A stretch of 39,415 nucleotides of DNA from Rubrivivax sp. (GCA_031379155.1 JANNEX010000307.1:1-39415); one strand, 5' to 3'. Positions 1 through 9,180 are shown, counted from the first letter of the stretch. Notes: a model not told the origin generated them from the letters alone. Numbers and translations: made by a program.

Positions 1-1
1 C

Positions 2-940
2 GAAACCCCTTTCCCCGGCCGCGTCAGCAAGGGCACGCAACTGGTCGTGCGTTACCACGACGCCATTCCCTTGCTCATGCCGCACACCATCAAGGACCGC
101 GGCTATCACCGCGCCATGCACTTTCATGCGCTCAAGCGCAACGCTGACGATGGGGCTTGGTTTGCTTGTGTGTCTGAGGCCACGCGGCAAGATTTGCTAA
201 GCGTCATGCCCATGCTTGAGTCCCGTGCGGTGACGGTGCCCAACATGATTTCGCATCACTTCATGCCTGAACGGGCGCTGTCAGTCCGGGTGCCTGAAAT
301 CATCTGGAGCCGCAAGAACCGTGGCACGCCGCACGAGGGCGGCAACCCGGTGGCGCGGCAAGATGTCACCCGCGGTTCTTTGTCCTACTTGCTGATGGTT
401 TCGACGCTTGAGCCGCGCAAGAACCACCTCGCGTTGCTTGATGCCTGGGAATTGCTGCGCACCCAAGGCTTCTCACGCTTGAACCTTGTGGTGGTGGGCA
501 GCTTGGGCTGGGAGCATGAAAGCATCATGCGGCGCTTTGCGCCCTGGATGGGACGTGGGCTGCTGCACCTGCTTGAAGCTGTGCCGGCAGAAGACCTGCG
601 GCTGCTCTACTGTCACGCCAAGGTCACGGTTTGCCCCAGCTTCGGCGAGGGTTTTGATTTTGCTGGCGTCGAGGCCATGCGTTCGGGCGGCGTGGTTGCC
701 GCATCCGATCTGCGTGTGCACCGTGGCGTGTATGGCGACGCGGCCGAGTACTTCAATCCCTACTCAGCGCAGGAGATGGCGCGAGTCATTGCAAGTCTGA
801 TTGAACCCGAAGCCGAGCCAAGGCGAGAACGACTGCGAGCAGCGGGATCAGTAGTCAGCGCAAAGTACCTGCCCGAACAAGTGTTGCCGCAGTGGCATCG
901 GTTCTTGCAGCGCGTGATAACCGCCCCTCCTGCAGCATGA
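2..940 (+). CDS. Glycosyltransferase family 4 (GT-B), 5'-truncated by the window edge; resembles WbpX-type rhamnosyl/mannosyltransferases
   Basis: The frame is open from base 2 (ETPFPGRVSKGTQLVVRYHDAIP...). GT4 motifs: VSTLEPRKNH, PSFGEGFDFAGVEAM (EX7E), ASDLRVHRGVYGDAAEYFNP. The WbpX likeness is recalled, not searched. Confidence 0.85.
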   Translation, partial: ETPFPGRVSKGTQLVVRYHDAIPLLMPHTIKDRGYHRAMHFHALKRNADDGAWFACVSEATRQDLLSVMPMLESRAVTVPNMISHHFMPERALSVRVPEIIWSRKNRGTPHEGGNPVARQDVTRGSLSYLLMVSTLEPRKNHLALLDAWELLRTQGFSRLNLVVVGSLGWEHESIMRRFAPWMGRGLLHLLEAVPAEDLRLLYCHAKVTVCPSFGEGFDFAGVEAMRSGGVVAASDLRVHRGVYGDAAEYFNPYSAQEMARVIASLIEPEAEPRRERLRAAGSVVSAKYLPEQVLPQWHRFLQRVITAPPAA

Positions 941-2022
941 TGCACTGGGCGAAGGCGCTTTCAGCCTGGCGCCCTTGGCGCGACGCGACCGCGTGTCAGT
1001 CGACCCCTGCAGCGCTTGAAACGCCGTTTGCCAAGGGCGGGCCAGACTCTGGTTCTGTGGCGAGTTCCACCGACCTGCCGCCCGCGAACGCCGCAGCAGA
1101 AAGCCCTCCAGCACGGCCACTGGCGCCCTTGGGCGACTGGTTTGCGCTGGGCGACGTAGAGGAAGTGCGTCGCACCTACTACGAACAAGGTCCGGTTGAG
1201 GGTGGCCCGTGGGACCGCCTGCGCCACGCGCATTTGGTGCTACCCGAATGGTTTGAGAGCGGCCTAGACCCCTGGGGTCAAGCCTATGCGGTGCAACAAG
1301 AGAGGCTGTGGGCGGCGATCGTCGGCGTCGACCGACCCTATGACGCCGCGATTGACGAACAAGAAGCCGCCTGGGGCGACATCGACCCCATCCGCCGCCC
1401 CGGATTTTTCAACCGCCGCGACGCGCAGGCTGTGGCCTCGGCCGCTGACCACTTGCTGGCCTGCGGCATGTTGGTCAAGCACAGCGGCTTGCAGCCGGGG
1501 CAGCATGCGCTGGAATACGGCCCCGGCTTTGGCCACACGGCGTTGACGTTGGCGCGCTTGGGCGTGCAAGTCGACACCGTGGACATCTCGGCCGTGTTCT
1601 GCAACTTTATCCGCCGGCAGGCTGAGCATTTCCAGGTGCCGCTGACGGCACATCAAGCTGCCTTTGGCACACAACCCGTCGCCGGGCGGCGCTACAAATT
1701 GATCTGGTTCTACGAAAGCTTTCATCACTGCGTGGACTTCATGCGCGTGGTGCCGCAGCTTGAAGCCTTGCTCGACGATGGCGGCCGCGTCATCTTGATC
1801 GGCGAGCCTATCGTTGAAAAAGAGTACGCCGCAGTGCCCTACCCTTGGGGCGTCAGGCTGCACAGTGAAGTGGCGGCGGTGATGCGGCAAACGCGCTGGT
1901 TTGAGCTGGGGTTTTCAGAGGCGTTTTTGTACGAGCTGTTTAGGCGCAGCGGCCTTCGCGGCAGGCGCATTGACTGCGAGCCTTCACCGTTTGGGCGCCT
2001 CTACCTTTTTGAGCGAGCCTGA
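937..2022 (+). CDS. Class I SAM-dependent methyltransferase with a Pro/Ala-rich N-terminal extension
   Basis: SAM motif I ALEYGPGFG, then VDTVDIS, FYESFHH and LDDGGRVILIGEP. ATG 937 overlaps the upstream stop (ATGA), so it is preferred over GTG 892. Confidence 0.85.
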   Translation: MMHWAKALSAWRPWRDATACQSTPAALETPFAKGGPDSGSVASSTDLPPANAAAESPPARPLAPLGDWFALGDVEEVRRTYYEQGPVEGGPWDRLRHAHLVLPEWFESGLDPWGQAYAVQQERLWAAIVGVDRPYDAAIDEQEAAWGDIDPIRRPGFFNRRDAQAVASAADHLLACGMLVKHSGLQPGQHALEYGPGFGHTALTLARLGVQVDTVDISAVFCNFIRRQAEHFQVPLTAHQAAFGTQPVAGRRYKLIWFYESFHHCVDFMRVVPQLEALLDDGGRVILIGEPIVEKEYAAVPYPWGVRLHSEVAAVMRQTRWFELGFSEAFLYELFRRSGLRGRRIDCEPSPFGRLYLFERA

Positions 2023-2047
2023 CTCTGTTACCGATCCCGCCCCAGGT

Positions 2048-2959
2048 TCAGCCAGGCAAGCGAAAAAACAGGAAGGCACCCAAGGCGCCGCCGTGGTCAG
2101 TCAAATCGGAATAGACGCGTGTTGCACCTCTCCTTTGGATCAAGTAGAGCAGTTCACTCAGGTTGTAGTAGTTCATCTGCATTTCCGGGTCGGCGCCGGG
2201 CGGCGGCTGTGGCGTGGCCGCAGGCACTTGTGGCGCAGTCGTCGGTATTGCCGCCACAGTCGACACGACCTGCGCCGGGTCGTCAGGCGCGGCCTTGCTT
2301 GGCCAACCCAGCGCATCAACCAGCACGCGCCTGAGGCTGCGAGCGGGTGGTGGGACAGGCGCCACAGCCGGAGGTGCTGGCGCGGCCGGCGGCTCGGGCT
2401 CAGGGACCACAGGCTTTGGCGGCTGGCCAAAGTTGGCGGCGTACACGTCCCACGCAAAGGTCACGTGCAACGCGCCGACGCCGCCCGGGCGGATGCGGTC
2501 CAGCAGTTGTTTGAAGAGCAGGCGCCCGCGTGGCACCTCGATGTGCTGCAGCACGATGCATGAGTGCACCAGGTCAAAGTCGCCATCCAAGGCCGCAAAA
2601 CTGTCGTCGCTGCGCACAAGGCTGACGTTGTCAAGCCCGGCGGCTTGGCAATTGCGTTGCGCCTCGGCCAGCATGGAAGGTGACACATCGGCACCCACCA
2701 CCTCGGCTGCGTGGCGCGCAAAGGGCATCACCAGCCGGCCCACGCCACAGCCGAAATCGAGCACGCGGCGAGGCGCGAAGTCGGCCAGCAGTTGCTGCCG
2801 GCAAGTGGCCAGCACATAGTCCACGTGCCAACGGCCCGAGGCCATGAACTCTTCCTTGGCTTCGCCGGTGAGCACGGCTGAGCGAAAAATGGGGTTGGTC
2901 AGCACGCCGAAGTAGGGGTCGCGCGCACCCCAAAGTTCCCACTGCAGGTCAGTACTCAT
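2048..2959 (-). CDS. Class I SAM-dependent methyltransferase with an internal Pro/Ala-rich insertion
   Basis: Motifs VLDFGCGVGRL, GADVSPSML, FDLVHSCIVLQHI and IRPGGVGALH. The start overlaps the upstream stop (ATGA). Confidence 0.9.
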   Translation of the reverse strand: MSTDLQWELWGARDPYFGVLTNPIFRSAVLTGEAKEEFMASGRWHVDYVLATCRQQLLADFAPRRVLDFGCGVGRLVMPFARHAAEVVGADVSPSMLAEAQRNCQAAGLDNVSLVRSDDSFAALDGDFDLVHSCIVLQHIEVPRGRLLFKQLLDRIRPGGVGALHVTFAWDVYAANFGQPPKPVVPEPEPPAAPAPPAVAPVPPPARSLRRVLVDALGWPSKAAPDDPAQVVSTVAAIPTTAPQVPAATPQPPPGADPEMQMNYYNLSELLYLIQRRGATRVYSDLTDHGGALGAFLFFRLPG

Positions 2960-3870
2960 GGCTCCGCACGCAAGCGTCGAGCAAGCAGCTGGCGGGCTTG
3001 TTGTGGCCTAATTTCTTTGACCCGCTGCACCCGCCAGCAGCCTTTGCCAAACTGCGCCCGCTGCGGGTAACGCAATTTACGGAACTGACACTGGGGGTAG
3101 GGGTTGTCACGCTGCGCGTGTTCGGCTTCCAAGGGCGGCAGGCCTTCGTCTTCCACTCGGGCGTAATTGCACAGCAGCCAATGGCCAAAGTGTTCTGTGG
3201 CCTGCTCCTTGGCGCGTTCGGCCCAGGGCGTGAGTTTGCTCAGGTCAGCCCGGTCGACCTGCTCGGGGTAGGGCCAGCGGCACAGCGCAAACAGCGACTG
3301 CAAAAACTCAGCGGGCTGCCTGCGGACGTTGTTGTACTCGTCGCACAACAAGTTGGGCGAAGGGTTGCGTTGGGCAAAGGTCGACAAGAAGATGTCCGAA
3401 CGCAGGATGGCGCCCAATGCGTCGTTGGCTTCCAGGGCGCCCAGGTCAACCCCGGTGTCGTCGGCGGCCACTTCGTAGTGGTGATACTGGTTCACCTTCC
3501 GCGCCGCTGCCAGGCTCACGGCCTGACGCAGGGTATCTTTGCGGCGCAAAACAATCCACACCGATTCAGGGCCGAAAAACCTGTCCCTCACTGCGGGTGA
3601 GGCGATTGACTCGCGGAAGATGACTGACAGGCTGGCGCACTGCAGCTTGCAGGTGGCCAAGCCTGAACCATCTCGCCACAAGCTGTCGAAGATGTCGCAA
3701 ACCTGTGTGGCCGAAGACTCGCTGTTGAGCTCACGAAAACTCTCGATCGTGAGCCCGAAGGCGACGTGGCTGGTGTGCTGCTGCAAGAAGTAGGCAATCA
3801 ACTCACCGACCCAGGTGCTGCCTGATCGCACCTCACTGGCAATGAAGATGTTCTTGATGGTGTGGCTCAA
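2956..3870 (-). CDS. Stf0-family (PAPS-dependent) sulfotransferase
   Basis: 5'-PSB loop IASEVRSGSTWVGELI and 3'-PB motif IVLRRKDTLRQAVSLAAA are typical of Stf0/LpsS-like sulfotransferases. The TTG start overlaps the upstream TGA. Confidence 0.8.
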   Translation of the reverse strand: MSHTIKNIFIASEVRSGSTWVGELIAYFLQQHTSHVAFGLTIESFRELNSESSATQVCDIFDSLWRDGSGLATCKLQCASLSVIFRESIASPAVRDRFFGPESVWIVLRRKDTLRQAVSLAAARKVNQYHHYEVAADDTGVDLGALEANDALGAILRSDIFLSTFAQRNPSPNLLCDEYNNVRRQPAEFLQSLFALCRWPYPEQVDRADLSKLTPWAERAKEQATEHFGHWLLCNYARVEDEGLPPLEAEHAQRDNPYPQCQFRKLRYPQRAQFGKGCWRVQRVKEIRPQQARQLLARRLRAEP

Positions 3871-5075
3871 GCTGCATCAACTCCTGGGCTCTTGCCCGGA
3901 CGGGCCACGATGTCCCATTCTTCGCCCTGGCGTCCGCTCCAGGCCTTGACCGAACCCTGCGCCACGCTGGGGTCTGAAGGATGTTCGATGTCGTAACCCA
4001 AGCCCCACAGGAATTCGTAAATCTCACGGTAGTCGTAGCTCTTGGACATCCAGTAGGGCGCCACTTCGAGGAACAGGACCGGTCGATACTTGATCAAGGT
4101 ACGGCGCGCACCTTTGAGCACGAACAGCTCAAAAGACTGCACATCAATCTTCATGAAGTCGCAGCGCTCAAGGGGTCGGCGCTGTTCCGACAGCAAGCGG
4201 TCCAGCGAGGCCACACGGCACAGCTCTCCTGCTGCCTCGCCTCGCTGCGCGGCGTCGCTGTCCACGCCCAAGGCGCCGAAGTTGCTGGCATCGTGATAGT
4301 TGATGGGGTAGAGGTGAACCGTGCCCTCACCTTCACCCACACAAGACTGCACCACGCTGGTGTTCTCGCAGCCATTGATGGCCACATTGCCGGCCAGCAA
4401 TTGGAAGATCACCGACTGCGGCTCAAAAGCGATGACGCGACCCGTTGGGCCCACGAGCGACGAATACAGCACCGTGTGGTGACCGATATTTGCGCCCACG
4501 TCCAGCACCGTCATGCCCGGGCGTACCACGGTGCGGAAGAAGGCTACGTCTTTGGGTGCCCAGATGCCGGTGCGAACGATGGTGGCGCCGATGGTGTTGT
4601 CAGCGGCCAGGGTCAAGTAGCTGCCACACTCGCCACGTGTCAGGCTAACGTGTGAAGTGACTGGCATCGAGCGCGGCTGCCAGCTTTGTTCAGCGGCCAG
4701 GTCCACGGCCGCCAGCCAGACTTCATTGCCCTTGGCTTGTGCATCAGCAGACGCGCCGCTGCGCAGGATGATGTGGTTGGGCCCCGCCGCAGGCGCGGCA
4801 ATGGCAATGCTGCGAAACCCGTGTTCGTCCGAGTACAGCGACTCCAGCCTATCCACGCCGTTCACCGACAGGGTGATGCTGCCGCACCAGGCGTGGGTGT
4901 GAAACAGCAGCGAGACCGCACCATCCACCACCAAGTCGATGGCAGCCGCGCCTTGGCGGCACACCAGCACGTCGGCCTGCACAGGGTCCAGCGGCAGGTG
5001 CACCCACTCGAAGCCTGGCCCCGGTTGAAACGCCGCGCCCGCCATTTGCTGCAACTGCCGCACAAGCCATCTCAT
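3867..5075 (-). CDS. FkbM-family methyltransferase with an N-terminal beta-sandwich (carbohydrate-binding-like) domain
   Basis: FkbM motifs VLDVGANIGHHT, VIAFEPQ and FMKIDVQSFELFVLKGA. Shine-Dalgarno (SD) GAGGAG lies upstream. Confidence 0.9.
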   Translation of the reverse strand: MRWLVRQLQQMAGAAFQPGPGFEWVHLPLDPVQADVLVCRQGAAAIDLVVDGAVSLLFHTHAWCGSITLSVNGVDRLESLYSDEHGFRSIAIAAPAAGPNHIILRSGASADAQAKGNEVWLAAVDLAAEQSWQPRSMPVTSHVSLTRGECGSYLTLAADNTIGATIVRTGIWAPKDVAFFRTVVRPGMTVLDVGANIGHHTVLYSSLVGPTGRVIAFEPQSVIFQLLAGNVAINGCENTSVVQSCVGEGEGTVHLYPINYHDASNFGALGVDSDAAQRGEAAGELCRVASLDRLLSEQRRPLERCDFMKIDVQSFELFVLKGARRTLIKYRPVLFLEVAPYWMSKSYDYREIYEFLWGLGYDIEHPSDPSVAQGSVKAWSGRQGEEWDIVARPGKSPGVDAA

Positions 5076-5102
5076 GGCTGTCTCCTCATGGTCCGCACCG
5101 GG

Positions 5103-5291
5103 CTATTCACTGGGCAGGTTGCGTGCCAAAACGTCCCTGTTGCGGTTTAGAAATTCATTGGACTTGAACATTTCCAGCGCCAGGTTGCGCAGCGAATCGC
5201 CTTTGCGCTTTTCGTTCACCACCTGGTCCGACTCGGGTTCGCGGTCCAGAATCAGGCGGTACAGTTCGACTACATCGTCTTTGCTCAGCAT
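5103..5291 (-). CDS. Small (62 aa) protein resembling a stand-alone DUF4214-type helical module
   Basis: Pattern VVELYRLILDREPE...LALEMFKSNEF matches the LYxxxLxREP...SxEF signature. SD GGGAGA and an A/C-rich spacer precede the ATG, and the gene sits in an operon position. Confidence 0.7.
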   Translation of the reverse strand: MLSKDDVVELYRLILDREPESDQVVNEKRKGDSLRNLALEMFKSNEFLNRNRDVLARNLPSE

Positions 5292-5308
5292 GGTGTTTTT
5301 GTTCTCCC

Positions 5309-5743
5309 TCAGGCCACCGGCTCACTCAGGCGCAGCACAGCGTCGCGGTACTTGATCATCAACTGGCGCAGTTGCTGGGCTTCCTTGCGCAGACCGGCCA
5401 CACCGGTGCTCAGGGTGTCGATCTGGCGCAGTCGCTCCAGCAGTTCAGCGTCGCGTTCGCGCAGTTGGCGCTCGATCTCATCTTGTCGTTTGGCCACGTG
5501 TTCCAGTGTGTGCATCAGCTCATTGGCGTCGGGCGCCGTGGCCACGCGGTGTACCTGGCTGCGCCAGGCTGTGACCACTGGCGCTGCGAAAGGCAGCAGC
5601 TTGGCGTCAGCCATCAGCATGACGCGGAAGTCGTCGTAATTGGCAGCCGCTTCGGCCAGGCGCGTGAATTCGGCGCCCTTGCCAAAGCGGCCCACCAAAA
5701 TCTTGAACAGGCGCTGTGCACGGTCTTGGTCGGTGCTGTTCAT
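5309..5743 (-). CDS. Hypothetical protein with a C-terminal coiled coil
   Basis: Heptad-rich C-terminal half (ELMHTLEHVAKRQDEIERQLRERDAELLERLRQIDTL...). SD AAGGAG; ATGA overlap with the upstream GT. Confidence 0.75.
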   Translation of the reverse strand: MNSTDQDRAQRLFKILVGRFGKGAEFTRLAEAAANYDDFRVMLMADAKLLPFAAPVVTAWRSQVHRVATAPDANELMHTLEHVAKRQDEIERQLRERDAELLERLRQIDTLSTGVAGLRKEAQQLRQLMIKYRDAVLRLSEPVA

Positions 5744-7995
5744 GCGGTGGCTCCTTGGGTCGACACGCTGGCCAGGAATGCTTGCAATTGCAATGCCATG
5801 GTCTGGCGCGTGAAGCGTTGCAGGTAACGCTCGAAACCGCGTTGCCCCAGGCCGTGGCGCAGCTCGCTGTCGTTGATCAGTGTCCGCAGGCTGGCAGCCA
5901 GGGCGTCGGCGTCGCCAGGCGGCACCAGCAGGCCACTGTCGCCGCTGTCAATCACTTCGCGCATGCCGCCGATGTCGCATGCCACCACGGGCTTGGCCCA
6001 ACGCATGGCTTCGATGAGGATGAGGCCAAAACTCTCAAAGCGGCTGGGTGCCACAAAGATGTCGCATCGCGCGTAGGCCTGCTGCAAGGTGGCGTCGTCG
6101 ACATAACCGACGAAGTTGACGGTGAATTGGGCTGGCCTGGCGCTGAGCTTGGCGGCAGCGGCCTTGAGCGCACGCACAAATTCATCCTTGTCGCCCGGTG
6201 ACTGGCCCAGCAGTTCAATGGCCAGCGGCGGCGTGTTGCGCGGCAGCAGGGCCAATGCGGCCAACAGGGTGTCGGGGCCTTTGCGTTCTTCAAGGCGGCC
6301 GACAAACAGGATGCGCAGCGGCCCCGGCGCGCGCGGTGCGCCAAGCTCTGGTGCGGCAGGTGCGGCATCAAGACCGTGCGGCACCACGGCCAGCTGTTTG
6401 GCTTGCGTGGCCAGGCTGCATTGGTAAGCAGCGTCGATCTCGTGCACGATCTCTTGCGAATTGGCCAGGATGGATGCGCCGTGGCTCAGCAGCCAGCGCT
6501 CACCGGCCATCACCAGGTTGACATGGCGGCGGCGGTATTCACGGTCGGTTGTCCAGGCCGGCTTGAAGGGCAGGGCCAGGCGGTAGGTGGTGTGCAGTGA
6601 AGTGATGACGGGCAGCTCAAGATACTCGGCACACAGGATGCCTTCCAGGTCCCAGATGGGCGCCGAGACCACGTCCACGCCCCAGATGCCCTGGCAGCGT
6701 TTGATCTCGGCCAGCACGGCTTCGGCGCGGCGCAAGATGGAGTCGGGCAGCGGCACGGGGCTGAGGTAGACACGTTCGTCGTCAAAGCGGTCGGGCACGC
6801 TGTGTAGCCATACACCGCCCACCATGTCGACAAAGGCGCCTTCGCTGGCGCTGCGCGTGATGACGTGCACTTCATGGCCCAGGTCGGCAAGGCCGCGTGC
6901 ACATTCATGGGTCCAGCGCGCGATGCCCGAGGTGTCGGCGGGTGGGTAGCCCTGGCTGACCAGGTAGATGCGCAGCGCCTGATTCGCTGGATGCAAAGGG
7001 CCACCGCGCAGCACCGGCAAAAAGCTGTCCGCCAGCGCCTGAGGCCGGCTCAGGTGGGCCGACGCACGGTTCATCACGGCTTCGTCGGCGCCCAGCGTCA
7101 GACCTTCATTGATGCCGTCGGTCAGCTCTTTGCTGAGTTTGGCGTAGTGCGCCACGGTGATCTTCTTGTGGTCCAAAAACCAACGGTTGGAAAAGTCGAT
7201 GTCGCGGCGGTAGCCGTCGATGAGGCCGTAGATGTCAGCCAAGTTGCCATTGTTGCGGTTGGCATGCTTAAGCATGAAGTAGCTCTTGCTGCGCGCCGGC
7301 GCCAGTAACGACGCGGGAATGCGTTGAGCGTTGCGTGTGTGGCTGGGCGCGTACTTGTGCAGCACATAGGCGTCGGGCACGGTGACGATTTTGTGGCCGC
7401 GGTCGAAGATGCGCAGACACACATCGGTCTCGTCCAGCATGTAGGCAAAAACTTCGTCGAAGCCACCGATGCGCAACAGCTCGGACTTGCGAAAACTGCA
7501 GTTGGTGCCCAGCAGCGAAGGGTAGGCAAAGCCGCCGCCCGTGCTGAGCAATTGCGCCGGGTCAAGGGTGGACAGAAAGCTGGCGTTGCCCAGGCGGTCG
7601 CACACGGTGTAGCGGCACTGGAAGTCCATGCCGGTGTGGTCCAGCGTGAAGCCGCCAGCGGCGCCCACTTGGCTGTCAGCGTAGGCACGCATGAGGCGTT
7701 CAACCCACTGCCGGTGCGCCACGCCGTCGTCGTCGATGAAAAATACCACGTCGCCTGCGCAAGCAGCGATGCCGATGTTGCGCGACTCGGACAGGTTGCG
7801 CGAAGCGCAGTCCAGCAGCTTGAACTGGTAGCCCTGGCTGCCCAGTTGCTCCAGCACGGGCACCGTGTCGTCGGTGGACGGGCCGTTGACGATGACCAGT
7901 TCCACGTCCGCAAAACTCTGCGTGGCGATGGAGCGCACCGCGTTGCCCAGGTAGCTGGCACGGTTGTAGGTGTTGATGACGACGCTGGCTTTCAT
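5740..7995 (-). CDS. Bifunctional glycosyltransferase: N-terminal GT2 fused to C-terminal GT4
   Basis: GT2 motifs ASVVINTYNRA, FFIDDD and GGFDEVFAYMLDETDVC. GT4 motifs LFVGRLEERKG and PSRFESFGLILIEAM. ATG 7995 is preferred over TTG 8016. Confidence 0.92.
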   Translation of the reverse strand: MKASVVINTYNRASYLGNAVRSIATQSFADVELVIVNGPSTDDTVPVLEQLGSQGYQFKLLDCASRNLSESRNIGIAACAGDVVFFIDDDGVAHRQWVERLMRAYADSQVGAAGGFTLDHTGMDFQCRYTVCDRLGNASFLSTLDPAQLLSTGGGFAYPSLLGTNCSFRKSELLRIGGFDEVFAYMLDETDVCLRIFDRGHKIVTVPDAYVLHKYAPSHTRNAQRIPASLLAPARSKSYFMLKHANRNNGNLADIYGLIDGYRRDIDFSNRWFLDHKKITVAHYAKLSKELTDGINEGLTLGADEAVMNRASAHLSRPQALADSFLPVLRGGPLHPANQALRIYLVSQGYPPADTSGIARWTHECARGLADLGHEVHVITRSASEGAFVDMVGGVWLHSVPDRFDDERVYLSPVPLPDSILRRAEAVLAEIKRCQGIWGVDVVSAPIWDLEGILCAEYLELPVITSLHTTYRLALPFKPAWTTDREYRRRHVNLVMAGERWLLSHGASILANSQEIVHEIDAAYQCSLATQAKQLAVVPHGLDAAPAAPELGAPRAPGPLRILFVGRLEERKGPDTLLAALALLPRNTPPLAIELLGQSPGDKDEFVRALKAAAAKLSARPAQFTVNFVGYVDDATLQQAYARCDIFVAPSRFESFGLILIEAMRWAKPVVACDIGGMREVIDSGDSGLLVPPGDADALAASLRTLINDSELRHGLGQRGFERYLQRFTRQTMALQLQAFLASVSTQGATA

Positions 7996-8025
7996 GGCTC
8001 GGCTGTGTATTCGCAAGCCACCATG

Positions 8026-9180
8026 CTAACGGGTGAGTTGTATGGTGTTGAGAACCGGGTAGGCGATGGAGAACACCAGGTTCAAGAACTTCTGCAACTC
8101 GGCCGCCGGTGCATTGCTGACATACAGCACGTCCTTGTGGCTGATGGGAAAGCTTTGCATGACAAAGAAGCTGTTGGGGTTGCGCAGGTCCAGCCGGTAG
8201 ACCACGGGCACCAGGCCGTCGGGTGTGGTGGCCACGGGCAGGCGCGGCCAGGCCAGCGCGCTGGCTTGTTCAAGCCGGAACACAAACACGCCCTGGGCAT
8301 TGGAGCGTGAGTCCAGCAAACCGCCGGCGCGCGCCAGCGCTTGCGCCAGGCTGATGCCCTGGACTTCGAAAGCGATCTCTTCATTCTTGCCGGTGGCACC
8401 CAGGGCCACGAAGGACAGCGGCTGCACCAGGGCTGTCACCACATCGCCGGGCTGCAGGGTCACGTTTTGTGCCGGGTCGCGGATGATCAGATCCAGCGGC
8501 ATGCTGGGCGAAGTCTTGCCACGCGTGACTTGCAGCGTCACCTTGTTGACGGGGTGGCGCACGCCGCCGGCGGCAGCCAAGGCGTCCAGCAGCCGCTCGC
8601 TGCCGGCAGTCAGCGTCATGCGGGTGCTGGCGTTGACCTCGCCCACCACAGTGACCGTGGCTGATGTGCTGCGCAGCACGCGCAGCAGCACCTCGGGCTG
8701 ATTGGCCTTGGCTTTGAGGCGTTTGACAATCTCAGCTTCCACCGCTTGTGGTGTTTGGCCGCTGGCGCGCACGCGGCCGGCAAAAGGCACGCTGATGAAG
8801 CCGTCGCGGTCCACCATCTGTTCGGGCAGCGTTGTGGCGCGTGAGGTGGAGGGCAGGCGCGGGTCGCTGCTGCCGCCACCAAAAAGCGTTGAAGGCGGCG
8901 CTTCCCAGATGCTGATTTCTACCGTGTCACCAGGCCCGATGTGGCCCGTGGCGCGCGGCTGTCCCAGGGTTTCTGAAAACAGCACCTGGCGGCGTTGCTC
9001 AAGCAGTTGCCGCGCGACCGTGGCGTCCACGTCCACCAGTTGAACTGCCGCCGCGCCTGGGCGTGCGGCCAATTCCTGGATCTCAGCCGCCGCAGGGCCC
9101 GACGTGGGCAGTTGCTGGCAGCCTGTCAGCGCGGACAGGGCGGCCAGAACAGTGGCGGTGATGGCAAGGAGGGTTCGCAC
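8026..9180 (-). CDS. Outer-membrane polysaccharide export lipoprotein (OPX; CtrA/BexD/WcbC-like)
   Basis: Lipobox LTGC followed by LPTSGP; poly_export motif IGPGDTVEISIWEAPP...DGFISVPFAGRV; C-terminal DVLYVSNAPAAELQKFLNLV. Confidence 0.9.
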   Translation of the reverse strand: MRTLLAITATVLAALSALTGCQQLPTSGPAAAEIQELAARPGAAAVQLVDVDATVARQLLEQRRQVLFSETLGQPRATGHIGPGDTVEISIWEAPPSTLFGGGSSDPRLPSTSRATTLPEQMVDRDGFISVPFAGRVRASGQTPQAVEAEIVKRLKAKANQPEVLLRVLRSTSATVTVVGEVNASTRMTLTAGSERLLDALAAAGGVRHPVNKVTLQVTRGKTSPSMPLDLIIRDPAQNVTLQPGDVVTALVQPLSFVALGATGKNEEIAFEVQGISLAQALARAGGLLDSRSNAQGVFVFRLEQASALAWPRLPVATTPDGLVPVVYRLDLRNPNSFFVMQSFPISHKDVLYVSNAPAAELQKFLNLVFSIAYPVLNTIQLTR

